Counted from the first letter of the stretch, positions 55,426-64,000 are shown. The stretch is 64,000 nt of DNA from Acidobacteriota bacterium (GCA_019244185.1 JAFATB010000023.1:160001-224000), one strand, 5' to 3'. Made by a program: numbers and translations. The notes: generated by a model not told the origin, from the sequence alone.

Positions 55426-57396
55426 ATGGAGAAGCCTTCGATGTTCATCGGCTCGTCCCGCGAAGCGTTGCCGATTGCTGAGGCGTTTCGCAACGGACTG
55501 AAGGACCACGTTCAGGTCACGCTCTGGAGCGATCTAGGAGTGTTTCCTCCTGGATTTTTCCCGCTCGAGTCACTCGAGGCGGCGGTCAATGACTTTCCGC
55601 ACGCGCTCATCGTCTTCAAGCCCGAGGACTTGACCACGAAGCGCGAGATCACAAAGTTCACCGCGCGCGACAATGCCGTTTTCGAACTGGGGCTCTTCGT
55701 CGGCCGCCATGGCCGCCGCTCCGCGTTCGTTGCCGTTCCACAGACCGCGGAGATGCATTTCCCGTCCGATCTGCTCGGCCTTGAACCGGTGCGGTACCGC
55801 GCGGTCGACAAGGACGATAAGGTCGAGTCGTACGACGTGAAAGAGGCCTGCGACGCGATTCTCAAAGCGTTGCGTGCGATTCCGCCGAAGCCGCGCACGC
55901 ACCCGCAACCGTCGCCGTTCTGGGACGTCCTGTCCAATCAGATCGTGATCCTCTATGGCGTGGAACACGAGATCAATGTGCATCCACATCCGCGCCACCG
56001 CATCTCTCTTCGCGACCTCGGCACGTCACTCGAGATCCGCGACTTTCTCCAGCGTCAGTACCCGCACAAGATGGTTCGGCTTCTGCCGGCGTCCCAACCA
56101 GGGCTGCCGCAGCAGATGCACGGCGCCGACTTGATTATCGTCGGCGGCTTCGTGACGAATGCCGAATTTGCGAAGCACCGCCACCGATACGAACACTACT
56201 TCCGTCTGAAGATGGGACGGCTGTGCGTTGTCGAAGGGCAACGTATCCATGTACCGGAGTTTCGGCCGCCGGACGGCAGCACGCCGCCGGACGTCCGCGA
56301 TCCGCAGGGAGTGGAGGACTTTCCGACGGAGTGGACGGCACAGGATTTCGGACTCGTCTTCAACGGTCCCCTCCATATGTACGGTCAGAACCGCCGCGTC
56401 GTCGCGATCGCGGGCGTGAAGGGACACGGCACGCACGGCTCGGCGACGTATCTCATCGGCGATTCACCGGCGGTCGACACACAACTGCGCGAGCGGCCAC
56501 TCGAATCGAGAGATACGCTGGAGATCGTCGTCGGCGTGGACGTCGTCAACGACGCGGTCAACCGCTCCGAGGCGCTGACGGTCCGATTCAACGGCGAGTG
56601 CGTCTTCGATGCGCCGAGGTCGCCGTCGCGGCCGTGCGAGTTGAACCGGCCGTGCGACGGCTGCGACTTCGGCGTGAAGCCGGTGGTGCATCCGCGCCTG
56701 CCGTCGAAGATGCTGACGTCGCAAATCCGCGCGATCGTATTTGATCTGGACGACACGCTGATCGATACGTTCGGAACGTTGATCATGCCGCTCGAAATGC
56801 AGGCAGCGCGGCTAATGATCGCCGCGCCAGGCGCACCGATGACGGATGAGAACGCGCTCGCGGCGGCGTTACTGCGTAGCCGTCGCGTGGCGCCGCAGAC
56901 CCTCGAGGCAGATTTGAGGAAGCGCGGATTTCCGCGCGACGTCCTGCAACTTCGCCACGATCTTCTGGAGAAAGTGTCGCTCGAGAACCTCGTGGTGTCG
57001 CCGGAGGTGCGGCAGTTACTCAAGGAACTGGAAGCGCGCTTCGAACTGTACTTGTTGACGGCAGGCAAGCGAGAGTTCCAGCGTGCGAAGATCAAAAAAC
57101 TCGCCATTCGCAGCCACTTCGCGGGCGTGAACATCGTCTCGAACTCTTCCTCCGATGCGAAGAAAGGAATGATCGAACGTCTCGCCGCGCGCCGCGACTA
57201 TAAGAGCGAAAACGTACTGATCGTCGGGAATCGGCTGGACAGCGAGATCGCCGCGGGCAATCGGCTGAATATGCCGACGGTTTGGATTCGTCACGGTGAA
57301 GGCGCCGATCTCAAACCGGGTCCGCATACGGGCATGCCTGATCACGAGATTCGGAGCGTGCTCGATCTTCGTAAGGTTCTGTGGCCGTGGTCGTGA
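55426..57396 (+). CDS. TIR (Cap12/PycTIR-type) + unknown alpha/beta domain + HAD-family hydrolase fusion, 656 aa
   Basis: GGAGG SD; FIGSS...RDNAVFELGLF.G...PSDLLG (PF10137-like); DLIIVGG..N and AIAGVKGHGT middle domain; HAD FDLDDTL, LLTAG, VGNRLDSEI. Confidence 0.85.
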   Translation: MEKPSMFIGSSREALPIAEAFRNGLKDHVQVTLWSDLGVFPPGFFPLESLEAAVNDFPHALIVFKPEDLTTKREITKFTARDNAVFELGLFVGRHGRRSAFVAVPQTAEMHFPSDLLGLEPVRYRAVDKDDKVESYDVKEACDAILKALRAIPPKPRTHPQPSPFWDVLSNQIVILYGVEHEINVHPHPRHRISLRDLGTSLEIRDFLQRQYPHKMVRLLPASQPGLPQQMHGADLIIVGGFVTNAEFAKHRHRYEHYFRLKMGRLCVVEGQRIHVPEFRPPDGSTPPDVRDPQGVEDFPTEWTAQDFGLVFNGPLHMYGQNRRVVAIAGVKGHGTHGSATYLIGDSPAVDTQLRERPLESRDTLEIVVGVDVVNDAVNRSEALTVRFNGECVFDAPRSPSRPCELNRPCDGCDFGVKPVVHPRLPSKMLTSQIRAIVFDLDDTLIDTFGTLIMPLEMQAARLMIAAPGAPMTDENALAAALLRSRRVAPQTLEADLRKRGFPRDVLQLRHDLLEKVSLENLVVSPEVRQLLKELEARFELYLLTAGKREFQRAKIKKLAIRSHFAGVNIVSNSSSDAKKGMIERLAARRDYKSENVLIVGNRLDSEIAAGNRLNMPTVWIRHGEGADLKPGPHTGMPDHEIRSVLDLRKVLWPWS

Positions 57397-57459
57397 CCTG
57401 GGCATCCATGGGCCGCGCGGAAGTCATGTCCTAACGAAGAACTCGTGCCCGGTCGGCGT

Positions 57460-58005
57460 TCACGCTCTTTCACGCTCAACCCGCAGCAAACAGCGCGTGG
57501 CGCCGCGGTGCATGCAGTGCGGCTCGCGGATGGCGATCGCTTCGCCGAAATGCCGCGAGAGGCCGCGGATGATGCCTTTCGCGACGAAGCAGAGGCGGCG
57601 TTCGGACGTGTAGCGGATCGTGATTTCGGTCTCGCTCTCACGCGTCGCCTCGAGGTACGGCGGCGTCGCGCCCGGCTGCTCGACGCGCACGGCGCGGTGC
57701 GCAGTCTCTTCCACGTGTTCGAGCACGTCGAGCGTGCGCCACGCCGGCTTCAGCAGATGGCGGTACATGGCGATGAGGTGCGGCGCGACGAACTCGCCGA
57801 ACGACTCGAGCAGCGCCGGCACTTCCTGCTGCGTCGCGTGCGCGGCCGCGACGACGATCGCCGTCAGTTCCTCATCCGGATACGACGTAATCGGCAGATA
57901 GACGTGCGAGCCGAGCCCCGCCGCCGCGAGGACTTCCGTCCACGCCGCCGCGCCGTACCGCTCCTCGGTGAACTTGCGGAGATGAACGAACATCGTGCCG
58001 TGCAT
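57460..58005 (-). CDS. H-NOX (heme NO-binding) domain protein
   Basis: MHG start, YG...W, YPDEE, LESFGE, proximal His (TAHRAV), TPP, YTSER (YxSxR). Confidence 0.9.
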   Translation of the reverse strand: MHGTMFVHLRKFTEERYGAAAWTEVLAAAGLGSHVYLPITSYPDEELTAIVVAAAHATQQEVPALLESFGEFVAPHLIAMYRHLLKPAWRTLDVLEHVEETAHRAVRVEQPGATPPYLEATRESETEITIRYTSERRLCFVAKGIIRGLSRHFGEAIAIREPHCMHRGATRCLLRVERERA

Positions 58006-58046
58006 GCTCCATGAGAGTGGAGACGCGGGCGAACGGTGACAGCGCG

Positions 58047-58583
58047 CTACTTCGCGGTGAGCTCGTAGTCGAGCGTGCGGTCGAACGTGTCGAAGATCGC
58101 CGCGTCGCTCGCCTCCGGCTCGATCACGGAAATGTGCACGTCGACCCAGCGGTCGTGAAACGCGAAGTAGTAGTTCGCATTGTGCTGGTGCACGGTCTGC
58201 CCCTGGAACTTCGTGACGAGGTCGTACGTGACCTTCACGTACTTTGACGTGTCCGAGACCTTGACCGTCGGCTGCGCGATCATCGGATTGCGCGACGCCT
58301 GCGGCCAGTAGAAGTCGTAGACCTCGCGATTCGTGCGGCCGTTGCCCGACGGCGGCTCGACATAAAACGAGACATTGAAGCGCCCCGAGTTGGCGAGGAA
58401 CGCGTAGGCGCCGTCGTCGCGATGCGAGTCCTTTTTCTTCAGCAGCGGTGGCGCGTCGAACGAGATCGCCCACCCCTCCTTCGGGATCGGAATGCTGACG
58501 GGATCGGCGAGCGCTCCCGACGCGACGAAGAGAACGGCGGCGGCGAGCAACGCGAGTTTCGCGGGTTTCATCGGATTGTTCAT
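58047..58583 (-). CDS. Secreted hypothetical protein
   Basis: Signal peptide ...KLALLAAAVLFVASGALA; ATGA overlap with the HD-GYP gene. Confidence 0.75.
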   Translation of the reverse strand: MNNPMKPAKLALLAAAVLFVASGALADPVSIPIPKEGWAISFDAPPLLKKKDSHRDDGAYAFLANSGRFNVSFYVEPPSGNGRTNREVYDFYWPQASRNPMIAQPTVKVSDTSKYVKVTYDLVTKFQGQTVHQHNANYYFAFHDRWVDVHISVIEPEASDAAIFDTFDRTLDYELTAK

Positions 58584-60589
58584 GCGAGATGCAGCATCGG
58601 CGCGGGACGCGAGATCTCGTCCCACGCGGGCGCGGCGGCGCCGAGCATCGACGCGAACGCCTCGACCATCTGCGGATCCCACTTGCCGCCCGCGGCCTCG
58701 CGGCGCAGCGTCGCGATCGCGGCCTCGTGCGTGAGCGGTGCGGGGCGATACGCGCGATGCGAGGTGAGCGCGTCGTACGCGTCGACGATCGACAGCAGGC
58801 GCACCTCGTACGGGATCGCGTCGCCGTGCAGGCCGTCGGGATAGCCGCGGCCGTCGTAGCGCTCGTGATGGTGGCGGATCAGCTGCAGCACGGACGTGAG
58901 CGTCGTCAGCGGACGCACCATCTCCTCGCCGATGACCGGATGATCGATGACGCGCATGAACTCCTCGCGCGTCAGCGGCCCCTGCTTGTTGAGCAGCCGC
59001 TCGGGCACGGCGATCTTGCCGATGTCGTGCAGCAGACCGGCGATGCGGATGCGCTCCGCGTCGTTTGCGCTGATGCCGACGTGCAGGGCGAACTTGCGCG
59101 CGAGATCGCCGACGCGCTGCGAGTGGCCGCGCGTGTAACGATCCTTCGCTTCCAATGCCAGCGCCAGCGCGCAGATCACGTTCTGCGTCTGCTCGAGATC
59201 ACCGTGGTACTCCTTGATGCGCAGCAGCGACTGGATGCGCGTGACGAGCTCGAGTCGATGCAGCGGATAGTTGATGAAGTCGTCCGCGCCGGCGACGATC
59301 GCCTCCTGGCGCATCGCGCTGTTGCGGTGCGAGGTCAGCACGATCACCGGCAGGAACTCGAAGCGCGGATCGGCGCGCAGCTGCGCGAGCGTCGACGCGC
59401 CGTCCTGCACCGGCATCACCAGGTCGAGCAGCACGACGTCGATCGGCTCGCGCTCGAGGATCTCCATCGCCTCGCGGCCGTTTTCGGCGAGCGTGAGCTG
59501 CATCCCCGCGTCGCCGATCGTCGCGGCCACGAGCTCGCGGTTCATGGCGTTGTCGTCGACGCAGAGCACGCGCGGCTTCGGCCGCGGGCGCGGACGCATG
59601 TGCTTCGCCGTGACCACGCGCGGCAGCTCCTCCGTGATCGCGGCCGCGAAGAGCTTCACGAGCTCGGGGTCGAACGCGCCGCGCTGCGCCTCGTCGGCGA
59701 GCACGGCCATCGCTTCCGGCTCGCTCACCGCGCGCTCGTGATGGATCTCGTCGAAGCGGTTGGCGATGCCGACGATCTGCGCCTCGAGCGGAATCTCCGC
59801 GCCGCGCAGACGATCGGGATAGCCGTCGCCGTCCCACCGCTCGTGATGCCAGCGCACGATCGGCACGAACTGGCGGAAGGTCATCATCGGCTCGAGGATC
59901 GACGCGCCCATGCGCGTGTGGTCGGCGACGCGGCCGCGCTCCTCGTCGTCGAGCGCCGTCGCGCTGAGCAGATGATCGGGGACGCCGATCATGCCGAGGT
60001 CGTGGAGCATCGCGCCTTTGATGACGGTCTCTTTTTCGTCGGCGGACATGCCGAGCTTGTCGCAGAGATGCGAGGCGTACGACGCGACGCGCTGCACGTG
60101 GCCGATGGTGTGCGCGTCCTTGCTCTCCAGCGCGCTGGTGAGCGTCATGATGATGTTCTCGCTGGAGTCGAGCTCCTTGCGCAGATTGCGGATCTTGATC
60201 AGCGAGCGGATGCGCGTGCGCAGCTCCTCGCGATTGATCGGCTTGTTCAGGAAATCATCGGCGCCGCAGTCGAGCGCGCGGATCTTGTCGTCCGTGCCGG
60301 TGAGCGCCGTGAGCATGAGGATCGGGATCGTGCGTCCCGCGGGCGAGCGTTTGATGAGCCCGCACGCCTCGTAGCCGTCCATGTTCGGCATCATCACGTC
60401 GAGCACGATGATCGACGGGTTGTGGCGCGGGTAGAGCTCGACGGCCTCGCGCCCGTCGCGCGCGAGCACGACGTCGTAGCCCCAGCTCCAGAGATACTCC
60501 TCGAGCAACTGCAGATTCTGCTCGTTGTCATCGACGGCGAGAACGACATCCCGCTCGACGGCCGACGGCTGGACTGCGGCGCTCGACAT
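58580..60589 (-). CDS. Response regulator with tandem REC-HD-GYP-REC-HD-GYP domains (cyclic dinucleotide phosphodiesterase)
   Basis: VDDN...LDVMMP...LNKP; HDLGM...HHERWDGDGYP; VDDN...LDLVMP; HDIGK...HHERYDGRGYP...VDAYDAL. Confidence 0.92.
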   Translation of the reverse strand: MSSAAVQPSAVERDVVLAVDDNEQNLQLLEEYLWSWGYDVVLARDGREAVELYPRHNPSIIVLDVMMPNMDGYEACGLIKRSPAGRTIPILMLTALTGTDDKIRALDCGADDFLNKPINREELRTRIRSLIKIRNLRKELDSSENIIMTLTSALESKDAHTIGHVQRVASYASHLCDKLGMSADEKETVIKGAMLHDLGMIGVPDHLLSATALDDEERGRVADHTRMGASILEPMMTFRQFVPIVRWHHERWDGDGYPDRLRGAEIPLEAQIVGIANRFDEIHHERAVSEPEAMAVLADEAQRGAFDPELVKLFAAAITEELPRVVTAKHMRPRPRPKPRVLCVDDNAMNRELVAATIGDAGMQLTLAENGREAMEILEREPIDVVLLDLVMPVQDGASTLAQLRADPRFEFLPVIVLTSHRNSAMRQEAIVAGADDFINYPLHRLELVTRIQSLLRIKEYHGDLEQTQNVICALALALEAKDRYTRGHSQRVGDLARKFALHVGISANDAERIRIAGLLHDIGKIAVPERLLNKQGPLTREEFMRVIDHPVIGEEMVRPLTTLTSVLQLIRHHHERYDGRGYPDGLHGDAIPYEVRLLSIVDAYDALTSHRAYRPAPLTHEAAIATLRREAAGGKWDPQMVEAFASMLGAAAPAWDEISRPAPMLHLA

Positions 60590-60616
60590 GATTGGAGGGT
60601 TCCTGCTGTGCGCCGA

Positions 60617-61150
60617 TTATACGAACATCTTCGCCTGCGGCGGCGGATACGTGAGCCGCACGCCGTCGATACACGCCATCGGATTGAGCGCATGACGCTT
60701 GAAGGAGTCGGGTCCGACGATGTGCACGACCTCGACGCCACGCCGCACGAGCTCGTCGGAGAGCAGGTTCCGATGACAGCGCCACGGCACCGCTTCCGCG
60801 CACATGACCGCGGTCGCGCGCTCGGACTGCAGCAGCGCATCGAGCGCGCGCTGGAACTCGGGGCTGGCCATGTGATCGGCGTAGCCGCGGAACTGCTCGT
60901 TCTCCCACGCGCCGTTCGGCGAGTCGCGCCGCGGCCTGCGGCGTCCGCCGAGGGCTTCGACGTGGACGTATTCGATGCCGTGCTCGGGCAGCGAGACCGC
61001 GAGCGATTCGCCGGAGAACTGCGGATGGCGGCGCGAGCCGGGATAGCGGCGGCTGTCGGCGAGACGCGCGACGTCATGCTCACGGAGCAGTGCGACGAGC
61101 TCGTCCAGGGTGCGCGTCGAATGGCCGATGGTGTAGATACGGTCGAGCAT
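60617..61150 (-). CDS. DUF488 family protein
   Basis: IYTIGHSTR, LGGRR, FRGYADHM, MCAEAVPWRCHR. Confidence 0.9.
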   Translation of the reverse strand: MLDRIYTIGHSTRTLDELVALLREHDVARLADSRRYPGSRRHPQFSGESLAVSLPEHGIEYVHVEALGGRRRPRRDSPNGAWENEQFRGYADHMASPEFQRALDALLQSERATAVMCAEAVPWRCHRNLLSDELVRRGVEVVHIVGPDSFKRHALNPMACIDGVRLTYPPPQAKMFV

Positions 61151-61210
61151 GAGGAATGCGGGTGGCGGAATGACAGACGCCGCTCATCTGCTTGAAGATG
61201 GTTGCGACGC

Positions 61211-62206
61211 ATGGCCTACTACGCCGACCACGCTCAGGACCTGAAACGCGACCTCGCCCGGGAGATTCCGGTCGACGCGCTGCGCGAGCTGCACCGCAAG
61301 CGGCCGCTGCTGCACGCCTTCATCGCGCTCGCGAACCTCGGCGCGCTCGTCGGTGCGGCGTTCGCGGCCGTGCACTTCACGGTCTGGTATCTCTGGCTGC
61401 CGTTCGCGTTCGTGATCGGCTTCGCCGTCTTCAACTGCACCGTGCTGCTGCACGAGGTCGTGCACCGCGCGGTGCTCGAAGTCTCCAGCGAGCGCGGCTA
61501 TCGCATCCTCGGCCTGCTCTACGCGATTCCCAGCGGCATCTCGTCCTCGCAGTTCACGCGCTGGCATCTCGATCATCACGCCGGCCTCGGCTCCGACGAC
61601 GACGATCCGAAGCGCCACTACCTCTCGCCGAAGATCAACGCGCGCTGGCTGAAGTTCCTCTACTTCACGCCCGCGCTCTTCCCGATCTACTTCCGCGCCG
61701 CCGCGAAAGAGACCGCGGCGTACGAGCCGGAACTGCGCCGCCGCATCGCCCGCGAGCGCCTCGGCACGATCGCGTTCCAGCTCTCCGTCCTCGCCGTCGT
61801 CGCGTGGCTCGGCGGCGGGTACGTCGCCTGGAAGCTCTACCTCGTCCCGGTCTTCTTCATCTTTCCGATCGCGTTCGCCCTGAACCGCCTCGGCCAGCAC
61901 TACGACATCGATCCGTCCGATCCCGCGAAGTGGTCGACGCTCATGAAGGCGTCGTGGTTCTGGGATCCGGTGTTCCTCTTCTCGAACTACCACCTCGAGC
62001 ACCACTACTTCCCCGGCGTGCCGTTCTACAACCTGCCGCGGCTGCAGAAGCTCCTCGGGCCGTTCTATGAGAAGCGCGGCATGGTCGCGCGCGGATACGG
62101 AGAGCTCGTGTGGCGGTATCTGATCCTCAACCGCAAGCCGCACACGAACTGGGTCGAGAGCGCGCCGTCGAGCGTCAGCCCAGCAGCCGATCGTATTCCG
62201 CTTTGA
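61211..62206 (+). CDS. Membrane fatty acid desaturase family protein
   Basis: His boxes HEVVH, HLDHH, HLEHH; FPGVPFYNLP; TM helices. Confidence 0.9.
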   Translation: MAYYADHAQDLKRDLAREIPVDALRELHRKRPLLHAFIALANLGALVGAAFAAVHFTVWYLWLPFAFVIGFAVFNCTVLLHEVVHRAVLEVSSERGYRILGLLYAIPSGISSSQFTRWHLDHHAGLGSDDDDPKRHYLSPKINARWLKFLYFTPALFPIYFRAAAKETAAYEPELRRRIARERLGTIAFQLSVLAVVAWLGGGYVAWKLYLVPVFFIFPIAFALNRLGQHYDIDPSDPAKWSTLMKASWFWDPVFLFSNYHLEHHYFPGVPFYNLPRLQKLLGPFYEKRGMVARGYGELVWRYLILNRKPHTNWVESAPSSVSPAADRIPL

Positions 62207-62858
62207 CCACGTGGTAGCACTCGCAGGCCGCGGCCTCGAGTCCCTCGCGATCGACGATCTGCACGAAACCGCGCGAGTAGCGGATGAAGCCATCCTCCTG
62301 CAGTTTCACCGCTGCGATCGTCACGCCCGGACGGCGCACGCCGAGCATCGCCGCGAGGTACTCCTGCGTGATGCCGACGTCATTCGAGTCGATGCCGTCG
62401 CTGCTCATGAGCAGCCACCGCGCGAGCCGCGCCTGCACGTCGTGGCGGCGGTTGCACGCGGCCGACTGCGACGCGATGACGAACAGCGTGTGCACGTAGC
62501 GCTGGAGGAGCGTCGTCACCGCGGGGTTCGTGTCGAAGAGGCGCTTCATCACGCTCGCCGGCGCGCGCAGCGACTCGCCCGCGATCTGCGTGACGGTCTG
62601 CATCGGCGTCGTCGGCTCGCCGAGGAGGATGGGAATGCCGACCATGCCCTCGCGGCCGACGGAGCCCGCTTCGACGGTCGTGCCGTCTTCGAGCACGGTC
62701 ACGAGCGACGCGAGCGCGCTCAATGGGAAGTAGACGTGCTGAATCGGCTCGTTCGGAACGATGAGCGGCTGCCCGTAATCGAGCGTGACCCGCTCCAGCG
62801 AGCTTTGCAAATCCTGTAAAGCGTCGGCCGGGAAATTTTGCAACAGGCGGTTGGTCAC
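62175..62858 (-). CDS. Crp/Fnr family transcriptional regulator
   Basis: NRLL, VGREGMVG, QSAACNRRH, RLARWLL, TQEYLAAMLGVRRPGVT. Confidence 0.92.
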   Translation of the reverse strand: MTNRLLQNFPADALQDLQSSLERVTLDYGQPLIVPNEPIQHVYFPLSALASLVTVLEDGTTVEAGSVGREGMVGIPILLGEPTTPMQTVTQIAGESLRAPASVMKRLFDTNPAVTTLLQRYVHTLFVIASQSAACNRRHDVQARLARWLLMSSDGIDSNDVGITQEYLAAMLGVRRPGVTIAAVKLQEDGFIRYSRGFVQIVDREGLEAAACECYHVVKAEYDRLLG

Positions 62859-62902
62859 AGTGCGCGCAGTCTATCCCACCGCGCCGCGCGAGGAGCCCGC
62901 CG

Positions 62903-64000
62903 CTACGAAGCGGCGAGCTCTTTCAGCGCGATTTCCATGCGGCGGATGCCTTCCGCGGCTTCTTCCATCGAGAGGTTCAGCGGCGGACGGAAGCGCGCCG
63001 ACTGATGTCCCGACGCGAGCACCATCACGTCGTGTCCCATGAACGCGCGCAGCGCCTGATCGCGCACGTCGCCGCTCGGCAGATCGAACGCCGCCATGAG
63101 GCCGCGTCCGCGTACGTTCGAGACGAGCTGCGGGAACTCCTGCGCGAAGCGTTCGAGCTCGCCGAGGAAGAACGCGCCGACGCGCGCGGCATTGTCGACG
63201 AGACGCTCCTCGTCGATGATCTCGAAGTAGCGCTGCGCGCGCACCATGTCCGTGAGGTTGCCGCCCCACGTCGAGTTGATGCGCGAGGAGATCGTGAAGA
63301 CGTTCTCCGGGATGTCGAAGATGCGCTCGTTCGAGACGAAGCCGCACACCTGCGTCTTCTTGCCGAAGCAGAACATGTCCGGCTCGATGCCGTAGTGCTG
63401 GTACGCCCACATCTTCCCGGTGATGCCGACGCCGGCCTGCACCTCGTCGAAGATGAGGATCATGTCGTTCTCGTCGCAGAGCTCGCGCAGCGCGCGGAAG
63501 AACTCGGGACGGAAGTGGTTGTCACCGCCCTCGCCCTGGATCGGCTCCATGATGAACGCGGCGACGTCGTCCTTGCGCTCGACGAGGAACTGCTTGGCCT
63601 GTTCGAGCGCGGCCTGCTCGCGGCGTTTCGCATCGGCGAGCGATTCCTCCGTCAGCGGGAAGCGCAGCTTCGGGTTGTCGACGCGCGGCCAGTCGAACTT
63701 CGGGAAGTACTGCGTCTTGCGCGGATCGGCCGTGTTCGTGAGCGAGAGCGTGTAGCCGCTGCGGCCGTGGAAGCATTCGCGCAGGTGCATGACCTGCGTG
63801 CCGCGCTCGGACTGATAGCCCTTGCGGAAGTTCTTGCGCACCTTCCAGTCGAACGCCGACTTGATGGCGTTCTCGATGCCGAGGGAGCCGCCTTCGACGA
63901 AGAACATGTGCTTGTTGAGCGTCGGCGGCACGGCCAGGCGCGCGAACGTGTCGACGAACTCCGCCATGTAGGTCGTGTAGATGTCGGAGTTCGCGGGCTT
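62903..64000 (-). CDS. lat: L-lysine 6-transaminase (5' end outside the window)
   Basis: KPANSDIY, FFVEGG, FHGRSGYTLSLTNT, EPIQGEGGDNHF, FDEVQ, FGKK, SRINSTWGG. Confidence 0.9.
   Translation of the reverse strand, partial: KPANSDIYTTYMAEFVDTFARLAVPPTLNKHMFFVEGGSLGIENAIKSAFDWKVRKNFRKGYQSERGTQVMHLRECFHGRSGYTLSLTNTADPRKTQYFPKFDWPRVDNPKLRFPLTEESLADAKRREQAALEQAKQFLVERKDDVAAFIMEPIQGEGGDNHFRPEFFRALRELCDENDMILIFDEVQAGVGITGKMWAYQHYGIEPDMFCFGKKTQVCGFVSNERIFDIPENVFTISSRINSTWGGNLTDMVRAQRYFEIIDEERLVDNAARVGAFFLGELERFAQEFPQLVSNVRGRGLMAAFDLPSGDVRDQALRAFMGHDVMVLASGHQSARFRPPLNLSMEEAAEGIRRMEIALKELAAS

Overview
High-GC, gene-dense bacterial chromosome segment. Gene content (IPTL-CTERM surface proteins, sulfatase-TPR, VWA proteins, LptD, DivIVA next to yggS/yggT) suggests an Acidobacteriota genome, possibly Thermoanaerobaculia; this is inference only. 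About 58 CDS, mostly housekeeping or envelope genes (pilT-like ATPase, M16 and M48 peptidases, MacAB-like ABC exporter, tkt, smc, thiolase, tatD, hutI, lptD, ribF, lat), plus one tRNA with a CAU anticodon (probably Ile2). No CRISPR array, transposase, integrase or prophage was seen. Most notable: (1) a lower-GC orphan gene fusing a CBASS/Pycsar-type TIR domain, an uncharacterised alpha/beta domain, a Cys cluster and a HAD phosphatase, a candidate single-gene immune or signalling system; (2) a selenocysteine peroxiredoxin missed by the ORF track (in-frame UGA at the catalytic site followed by a SECIS-like hairpin); (3) a 162-bp fully palindromic MITE-like element with a TAA duplication upstream of lptD; (4) an H-NOX gene co-oriented with a cross-degenerate REC-HDGYP-REC-HDGYP protein, plus a second heme-less H-NOX/V4R-like gene; (5) a coupled six-gene VWA/TPR/propeller/zinc-ribbon-TonB envelope operon; (6) many apparently leaderless genes. 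All product calls come from motif recognition by eye; no database search was run.
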